From positions 6,960,001 through 6,992,000 of the forward strand of contig NC_010628.1 of the NCBI RefSeq assembly GCF_000020025.1: DNA of 32,000 nucleotides, written 5' to 3'. Both the position numbers and the translations under genes were made by a program. The stretch's first letter is position 1. Each line of letters starts with the position of its first letter. Positions 26,000 through 32,000 of the stretch are shown here, one piece after another. Source of the stretch: Nostoc punctiforme PCC 73102. Lineage in GTDB: Bacteria; Cyanobacteriota; Cyanobacteriia; Cyanobacteriales; Nostocaceae. Below the pieces are notes generated by a model, which saw only the letters and a list, made by a program, of their open reading frames with translations, was not told the origin of the DNA and did not search any database.

Positions 26000-26452
26000 A
26001 TGGAAGAAAAATTCTACACAAGCACAGAAGCTGCTGAAATTACTAATTGTTCCCGTCGTCAATTACAGTATTGGCGAGATAAAGGTGTTGTTATACCAAC
26101 TGTGAATACCACAGGTAAGGGACGTAATGTTTACTACTCCGTAGCTGACCTGTTGACGCTAACTGTGATGCATTATTTATTGTCTGTTGGCTTAAGCTTT
26201 GAAGTTTGCCGGGAAGCTTTGGCTATGTTGCAAGATAAGGAGCCTTGGCTGTTTGAGGAATTTGTGTCTAAAAAAAAGATGAGGCGACTGATGCTGATAT
26301 CTAACGCCTCTCAGCAAAAGTATTTAACATTAGCAGAATTTGATAAAGAGGCAGCGCTAGAAGCTCTTTGTCAAGGGCAGACTGTAATTCCTTTTTGGTG
26401 CGATCGCATTCACGAAGTCTTACACCAAAACCTCAAACGCTTTAGTGAGTAA
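26000..26452 (+). CDS. cvkR: MerR-family HTH regulator, CvkR-type repressor of V-K CAST
   Basis: The MerR N-terminal helix-turn-helix is YTSTEAAEITNCSRRQLQYWRDKGVVIPT. The gene is divergent from cas12k, as in Anabaena PCC 7120 (alr3614/all3613). Starting at the second ATG (MEEKFY) gives 150 aa; the first ATG at 25991 gives 153 aa. Confidence 0.8.
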   Translation: MEEKFYTSTEAAEITNCSRRQLQYWRDKGVVIPTVNTTGKGRNVYYSVADLLTLTVMHYLLSVGLSFEVCREALAMLQDKEPWLFEEFVSKKKMRRLMLISNASQQKYLTLAEFDKEAALEALCQGQTVIPFWCDRIHEVLHQNLKRFSE

Positions 26453-26740
26453 CATTAAGTACTATATGCTGCATAACAATACTTATAATTTAGTAACATT
26501 ATGCTTTACCCAGAATCTGAAAAAGCCTAGACCTCTCTCAAAACTCAACTACAGCAGATCAAGCCTGTTGACATCTAGAAAAATACAATTTACTAATTGC
26601 CTAATAAAAGCCGTAAATTTACATACAGCTTGTAGCTATTTACCAATTACCCTTATAAAAAGATTGAGGGTATATTTCTGCTGTGTATATAAATAAGCAC
26701 TTTAACATAGCCAAGTTAGCTGCGGGTTAATGCGGAAGTT

Positions 26741-27388
26741 ATGCCCACATTGACCATTAATCAGCGCCTTGATGCACTGCTACCAAAGCTGCAAGATGCA
26801 CGTCTGCTGAGTAACCGTGGCATTGGTAACGAAATTGGCTTTTATATTTTTGATTATGACGCTGAATATGAACCACTGGTACAGCGCTACGTCGATCGCC
26901 TGAAGCTGCAATTGACGAGTTCACCCTCCGGGTTCGCCAGTCCCTCTTTGTCGGAACAACAAGACCGGGCTGGCTCACCGATCCAGCTTATTTTGCTGGA
27001 AATTGACCTTTACAAGACTATTCTCGACATTTTGTCAGAACGAGGGGTACTCAAAAAAGCTTTTGAGTTGGAAGCAACTAAAGGAAATGCTGCCCTGGCT
27101 AAGACCGTTGCGCCTCTTGTCCGACCTGACCAGGTTATTGCCTACATCCAAAAAAAACTTAGGGGTGATGAACAGCTTGTAATCATGACTGGAGTTGGTG
27201 CTAGCTGGCCCCTTTTACGATCGCACAGTATTCTCAACAACCTACACCCAGTACTTGACAAAATCCCTCTAGTGATGTTTTTCCCTGGTTCTTACGATGG
27301 GCACGAACTACGCCTATTCGACACCTTTAAGGATGACAACTACTATCGGGCCTTCCCTCTGATTCCCCACCAACAACACCACCTATGA
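26741..27388 (+). CDS. brxB: BREX protein BrxB (DUF1788)
   Basis: The N-terminal motif is GIGNEIGFYIFDYDAEYE. The characteristic C-terminus is LVIMTGVGASWPLLRSHSILNNLHPVLDKIPLVMFFPGSYDGHELRLF..DDNYYRAFPLI. The stop overlaps the brxC start (ATGA). Confidence 0.85.
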   Translation: MPTLTINQRLDALLPKLQDARLLSNRGIGNEIGFYIFDYDAEYEPLVQRYVDRLKLQLTSSPSGFASPSLSEQQDRAGSPIQLILLEIDLYKTILDILSERGVLKKAFELEATKGNAALAKTVAPLVRPDQVIAYIQKKLRGDEQLVIMTGVGASWPLLRSHSILNNLHPVLDKIPLVMFFPGSYDGHELRLFDTFKDDNYYRAFPLIPHQQHHL

Positions 27389-30300
27389 ATATCGCCGAAC
27401 TCTTCCAAAAAGACATTCACCGTAATATCAATGGCGTTATCAAAGTTGGGCAGAAGGACGACGAGAATATCCGTCAAGAATTGGAAGAGTATGTCGTTAC
27501 CAACGAACTGGATAAGCACTTTCGGACATTTTTTGAACGCTACACTAATGCCCTAAATAATCCTACGGATAAAATGGGTGTATGGATTGCTGGATTTTTT
27601 GGCTCAGGGAAATCTCACTTTTTGAAGATTCTGTCGTACCTATTGGCTAATCATCAACTGGAAAATAGCCGTGCTTTAGATTATTTTGATGAAAAACGCA
27701 TACCCGATCCGATGTTGCAAGCCTTGATAGCACAGGCGGCACATAGTTCTTGCGATGTGATTTTATTCAATATTGACTCTAAAGCTGATGCCAATAATAA
27801 AAACCATAAAGAAAGCATTACCAAGGTCTTTCAAAAGGTATTTGACGAGCATTTGGGGTACTTTGGGACGGTTCTTCCCATTGCTGAGTTTGAACGTCAA
27901 CTAGATCGCCAAGGTAAATATGCAGCTTTTCAACAAGCTTTCTTGGCAGAGAGTGGCTTGGAATGGAAAGAAAACCGAGATGCTTGGGGTTTTCATCAAG
28001 ATGCGATCGCTAGTGCATTACAAACTAGCACGGGCATGAGTGCAGAAGCGGCTAACCGCTTACTGGATTTTGGCGAACAAAATTATACTCTGAGTCCAGA
28101 AAAGTTTGCTGGCATGGTAAAGCAATATCTGGATAGTAAAGGGCCGCAACATCGCCTAATTTTTATGGTGGATGAGGTAGGACAGTATATTGGTGAAGAC
28201 AGCAAACTGATGCTGAACTTACAGACTGTTGTGGAAGATTTGGGTACTTACTGTTTGGGAAAAGCTTGGGTGGTGGTGACATCCCAAGAGGCAATGGATG
28301 AGATTACCAAAAACAAGATTAAAGGCGAGGATTTTTCTAAGATTATTGGTCGTTTTTATCGCCCACTGAATTTGTCTTCTGCTAATACCGATGAGGTAAT
28401 TAAGTTACGTCTGCTCAGCAAAACTGATGCGGCGCGGGCTGGGTTGGAAGCTTTGTATAGCCAGAAGATTGCTATTCTGAGAAACCAAATTGCTTTTACT
28501 CAAGACAGTGCCGATATGCCGGGATATGGTAATCCTCAAGATTTCTTTACCGCTTATCCCTTTATTCCCTATCAGTTTAATCTGTTACAAAAGGTTTTTA
28601 CTCAAATTCGCCTCATGGGTTCTGCTGGCAAGCACTTGGCATCAGGAGAGCGATCGCTATTGGATGCATTTCAGGTTGCATCCCAAGCGGTAGCCGGAGA
28701 ACCCCTTGGTGTGCTGGTTCCGTTTCACACCTTTTACATGGCAGTAGAAGGCTTTTTGGATAGTTCGATCAACCAAGTTATTATTCAGGCGGGTCGGAAT
28801 CCGCAACTAAATTCTTTTGACATTGACCTATTGAAGACCCTATTCATGGTCAAGTATCTGAAAGAAATTCGGGCTAATTTGGATAACTTAACTACTCTTA
28901 GCTTAAGTAATATTGACCAGGATAAACTAGCTTTGCGGCAGCAGGTAGAAGCAGCTTTGGGGCGGTTGGAACGTCAAACTCTTATCCAGCGTAATGGCGA
29001 TGAATATATTTTCTTGACCCATGAGGAGCAGGATATTGGCAGAGAAATCAAAAATACTCCAGTTGATTCAGGAAAAGTCAAAGAAGAACTACGAAAGCTT
29101 ATTTGGGAATCAATTTTCACTGATAAACTATTTCGTTACAGTCAGCGACACCAGTATAAATTTAACCGCAAGCTGGATGAACAACTCCATAGTCAACAAA
29201 GCGATATAACTCTGCACATTGTTACTCCTTGTGCTGAAACTTACACTGCTATGAAGGAGGATACTTTCTGCATTGGTACTACAGGGGGAGGTTATGAGGT
29301 CTTAGTGCGATTGCCTTATGAGCAACGTTTGGTAGATGACCTCGAAACCCTTGTTAAGACAGAAAAGTATATAAAATTGAAAAGTGGTAGCAACCTCAGC
29401 CCTAGCATCCAGAGAATTTTAAGAGATCAAAGCGACCAAAATAGTAAGCGGTGTGAGGATGTGAAAACCATCCTAGAAAATTTGATTACTCGTGCTGATG
29501 TATTTGCCTGTGGTAGCAAGTTAGAAATTCGCAGCCGAGACACTAAAACCTTGCTGAACGAAGGTTTGAGCTATTTGGTAGGCAATGTGTATCAAAAGCT
29601 CGGTTACGTGGCTAGTGGTTTTGAAAACGAAGATCAGGTAAGCAATGCCCTAACTCGTGAGAGTCAAGAACAAGATATTAACGGACAGCCTGTTAATGTG
29701 GCTGCTCATAGTGAAATGCGAGCTTGGTTAATGGAAGAAACCCGCGTTCGCCGCCTTGTCAGTATTAAGGCATTGGTAGATAAGTTTGCAGTCCGTCCCT
29801 ATGGGTGGTCGGAATTCGACACTTTGGGGGTGATGGCGGAACTTGCTAACAAGGGTGTAATAGAACTGCGACACGCTCAAGGTAACGTTAATCTGCATGA
29901 TAAAGGTTTAGTGATGCAGTTGCGATCGCGCAAAGAAATAGATAAATATACCGTCCGCCTTACTGATGAAATTAACCCAGCAAACTTGAAGATTGCCAAA
30001 GATATGGCCAGTGACTTACTCAATGGCAATATGTCTAGCGATCCACAGTTGCTATTTGAACAATACAAAAATGCCCTAACAAAACGCTCTCAAGAACTTG
30101 AAAGTTGGTTAATCCAAGCAGAAGGTGGGCTTCCCTTCGCTGAATTACTGCGTACTAACTTAAATTTGCTGGCTGAATTGTTAACCAAGGATAGTGCGGC
30201 TAAGTTTTTCGACACATTTCGTCAGCGACGGGATGATATAGAAGAATTTATCGAAGATGTGCAAAAGCTGCAATCCTTCTTTAGCACACAAATTAAGCTG

Positions 30301-30924
30301 TTCCAGCAAGCTCGTAATGACCTGAAAACTCTAGAACCAGAACTACGCCATATTAGTGAGCCAGATTTGCTCAGGCGGGTGGATTTAGTTAAGCAAATTT
30401 TGGCGATGTCTGACCCCACTGCCAAGATTCCAGAATTAGCAATGTTACTCCTACCTGTCAAAGATAAGGTGCAGGAAGCGCTAACAACTCAAATCTATCA
30501 GGTGGAGAGTAAAAGCAAGGCAATGCGGGAGAAATTAGCTGAGTATGTGACTTCCGCTCACGAAGACATTTCTGCACAGCTTGACCTCAGCAATATCACC
30601 CAAGACATCGATAAAGTTGTCACCTCAGTTAACCAGGTAACAAGTATCGATTCTGCGATCGCACGTCAAAGTGAACTAGAAAGCATCCTCCCACAATTGC
30701 TGCAAAAAGTAGATCAGCAAGCCAATGAAATCATTCAGCGTCAGTCAAACAATGGCAGTAACGGCAAAGTTACTTGTGTCAAACCCATCGTATCGGTGCA
30801 GGTAGCGAGAGTTGCGCCTAAACCCCTACTGGAAACACTCCAAGATGTGGATGTTTATCTAGAGGCGTTGCGGAAAACCCTATTAGATGAGATTCAACAA
30901 AATCATCGCGTTCGTCTTGAGTAA
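27385..30924 (+). CDS. brxC: BREX ATPase BrxC/PglY
   Basis: The protein is 1179 aa with Walker A GFFGSGKSHFLK and a Walker B-like LIFMVDEVGQY. Its size and its position between brxB and pglX fit BREX type 1. Confidence 0.88.
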   Translation: MNIAELFQKDIHRNINGVIKVGQKDDENIRQELEEYVVTNELDKHFRTFFERYTNALNNPTDKMGVWIAGFFGSGKSHFLKILSYLLANHQLENSRALDYFDEKRIPDPMLQALIAQAAHSSCDVILFNIDSKADANNKNHKESITKVFQKVFDEHLGYFGTVLPIAEFERQLDRQGKYAAFQQAFLAESGLEWKENRDAWGFHQDAIASALQTSTGMSAEAANRLLDFGEQNYTLSPEKFAGMVKQYLDSKGPQHRLIFMVDEVGQYIGEDSKLMLNLQTVVEDLGTYCLGKAWVVVTSQEAMDEITKNKIKGEDFSKIIGRFYRPLNLSSANTDEVIKLRLLSKTDAARAGLEALYSQKIAILRNQIAFTQDSADMPGYGNPQDFFTAYPFIPYQFNLLQKVFTQIRLMGSAGKHLASGERSLLDAFQVASQAVAGEPLGVLVPFHTFYMAVEGFLDSSINQVIIQAGRNPQLNSFDIDLLKTLFMVKYLKEIRANLDNLTTLSLSNIDQDKLALRQQVEAALGRLERQTLIQRNGDEYIFLTHEEQDIGREIKNTPVDSGKVKEELRKLIWESIFTDKLFRYSQRHQYKFNRKLDEQLHSQQSDITLHIVTPCAETYTAMKEDTFCIGTTGGGYEVLVRLPYEQRLVDDLETLVKTEKYIKLKSGSNLSPSIQRILRDQSDQNSKRCEDVKTILENLITRADVFACGSKLEIRSRDTKTLLNEGLSYLVGNVYQKLGYVASGFENEDQVSNALTRESQEQDINGQPVNVAAHSEMRAWLMEETRVRRLVSIKALVDKFAVRPYGWSEFDTLGVMAELANKGVIELRHAQGNVNLHDKGLVMQLRSRKEIDKYTVRLTDEINPANLKIAKDMASDLLNGNMSSDPQLLFEQYKNALTKRSQELESWLIQAEGGLPFAELLRTNLNLLAELLTKDSAAKFFDTFRQRRDDIEEFIEDVQKLQSFFSTQIKLFQQARNDLKTLEPELRHISEPDLLRRVDLVKQILAMSDPTAKIPELAMLLLPVKDKVQEALTTQIYQVESKSKAMREKLAEYVTSAHEDISAQLDLSNITQDIDKVVTSVNQVTSIDSAIARQSELESILPQLLQKVDQQANEIIQRQSNNGSNGKVTCVKPIVSVQVARVAPKPLLETLQDVDVYLEALRKTLLDEIQQNHRVRLE

Positions 30925-30988
30925 TATTACTTAGTTTTACCAATCATTTTCGTACCTTTATTGCATCACCCTATTCCCTCATCAGCTT

Positions 30989-32000
30989 ATGAACCGCACC
31001 GCTATCAAAAACTTTGCTATTTGGGCGCGTCGTTACCTACGAGAACAAGTTAAAGCTCGTGCTGCCCAATTTGGTATAACTCACAAAAGTATTACAGAAC
31101 CTCAGACAGTGGCGGGGGGACTATTAGTAGCTGGTCAAACGCTAAATACCACGGAAGCAAACCAGTATCATCAACTGCGAAATCGCTTGCAAGATTTAAC
31201 ACTAAGTTCCAGCCAGTCCCAGGCGGTAGATGCGCTGATAGATGAAATTGCCTACACCTGGTTTAACCGTTTGGCGGCATTGCGGTTTATGGAGGTGAAT
31301 GGATATATCGGGCGGGTGTTGAGTAGTAGCGATCCAAATTTGGTAGACCCTGATTTGTTACGCGATGCTAGTTCTATTGCCGAAATGGGAGATTTACCGG
31401 GTCTTGATTTGGATACTCTCAATGAGTGGCGTAGTTTTGCCAATCGTGATCCCAACCCCGATGAGTTTCTCTACCGCCGTTTGCTGTTAGCTCAGTGTAA
31501 AGCTTTGGCAGAGGGAATTCCAGCACTGTTTGACCCTCGCCAGAACTACCAAGCGCTGTTTTTACCTGGAAATTTGTTAAATCAGGATTCAATTGTACGG
31601 CGGCTGGTAAAAGAGATTCCAGAGGAGGACTGGCAGAATATTGAAGTAGTGGGTTGGCTGTATCAGTTCTACATTTCGGAACGCAAGGATGAGGTGATTG
31701 GGGCAAAGTCGAAGGTTGCAGCCGCAGATATTCCAGCAGCGACTCAATTGTTTACCCCCCACTGGATTGTTCGGTATATGGTGGAGAACAGTTTAGGGCG
31801 GTTATGGTTAGAGGCGCACCCAGAATCACGCTTGCGTGAGTATATGCCTTACTATTTGGAAAATCCTAACGATAATGGTGAGGGTGAAAAACCGCAAGCT
31901 TTAACGCCTCAAGAGTTGACCGTGATAGACCCTGCTTGTGGTAGTGGTCATATTTTGGTGTATGCGTTTGATTTGCTGTTTGAAATTTACAAAGAACAAG
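30989..32000 (+). CDS. pglX: BREX adenine methyltransferase PglX, 5' part (runs off the window)
   Basis: The ATG is at 30989, and the ORF is absent from the track because it has no stop in the window. It translates as MNRTAIKNFAIWARRYLREQV...EIAYTWFNRLAALRFMEVNGYI...QLFTPHWIVRYMVENSLGRLW...IDPACGSGHILVYAFDLLFEIY (SAM-binding motif I). Confidence 0.85.
   Translation, partial: MNRTAIKNFAIWARRYLREQVKARAAQFGITHKSITEPQTVAGGLLVAGQTLNTTEANQYHQLRNRLQDLTLSSSQSQAVDALIDEIAYTWFNRLAALRFMEVNGYIGRVLSSSDPNLVDPDLLRDASSIAEMGDLPGLDLDTLNEWRSFANRDPNPDEFLYRRLLLAQCKALAEGIPALFDPRQNYQALFLPGNLLNQDSIVRRLVKEIPEEDWQNIEVVGWLYQFYISERKDEVIGAKSKVAAADIPAATQLFTPHWIVRYMVENSLGRLWLEAHPESRLREYMPYYLENPNDNGEGEKPQALTPQELTVIDPACGSGHILVYAFDLLFEIYKEQ

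Larger units (their letters stand above)
22486..32000. mobile_element. Type V-K CRISPR-associated Tn7-like transposon (CAST), target-proximal arm; continues beyond the right edge
   Basis: The ordered components are a TGTACA terminus with TnsB-type repeats, a short crRNA, a CRISPR array, a tracrRNA, cas12k, cvkR and BREX cargo. No tnsB, tnsC or tniQ is in the window. Confidence 0.9.

Noticed and set aside
26445-26696. 83-aa ORF between cvkR and brxB, considered as a possible brxA or brxA remnant
   Set aside because: The region is AT-rich and the ORF is Cys, Tyr, Asn and Leu-heavy, which looks implausible for a real protein. At 83 aa it is far shorter than DUF1819 proteins (about 200 aa), it overlaps the cvkR stop, and it has no ribosome-binding site. 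The region is more likely the promoter region of the BREX operon.
31252-31706. Two minus-strand ORFs (67 and 95 aa)
   Set aside because: They are antisense to the strongly supported pglX reading frame and have no motifs.

Overview
This is a chromosomal window from a filamentous, Nostocales-like cyanobacterium. The evidence is many HIP1 GCGATCGC octamers, typical intergenic hairpin and MITE-like repeats, and PEP-CTERM, Uma2, GUN4 and orthocaspase proteins.

Bases 1-22.4 kb are mostly ordinary chromosome:
- the tail of a response regulator
- an overlapping EACC1 + orthocaspase-GUN4 two-gene conflict or cell-death module, preceded by a 42-bp tandem repeat array
- a PEP-CTERM beta-helix protein, a DUF427 protein and two small secreted paralogs
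- an Slt-type lytic transglycosylase
- an 1809-aa protein with a LamG domain and nine 29-aa C-terminal repeats
- a Uma2 nuclease, a UbiH/COQ6-type flavoprotein, a His-rich secreted peptide, a YebC-family regulator, a sugar-type ABC binding lipoprotein and a metallophosphoesterase

Bases 22.4-32 kb hold the main system, the target-proximal arm of a type V-K CRISPR-associated Tn7-like transposon (CAST). In order it contains:
- an intact tRNA-Val(GAC)
- 7 bp later, a TGTACA transposon terminus with five about 20-bp TnsB-type repeats
- a delocalised short crRNA whose 18-nt spacer matches the tRNA next to a GGTT PAM, exactly 60 bp from the transposon end
- a CRISPR array of 12 identical 37-nt repeats
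- a tracrRNA
- the nuclease-dead effector cas12k
- a divergent MerR-type cvkR repressor with a palindromic operator
- BREX type 1 defence cargo (brxB, brxC, pglX, with no brxA)

tnsB, tnsC, tniQ and the far transposon end should lie to the right of the window.

This class of system has been characterised experimentally (ShCAST, AcCAST, AnCAST). The comparisons to those systems are from memory and were not computed.
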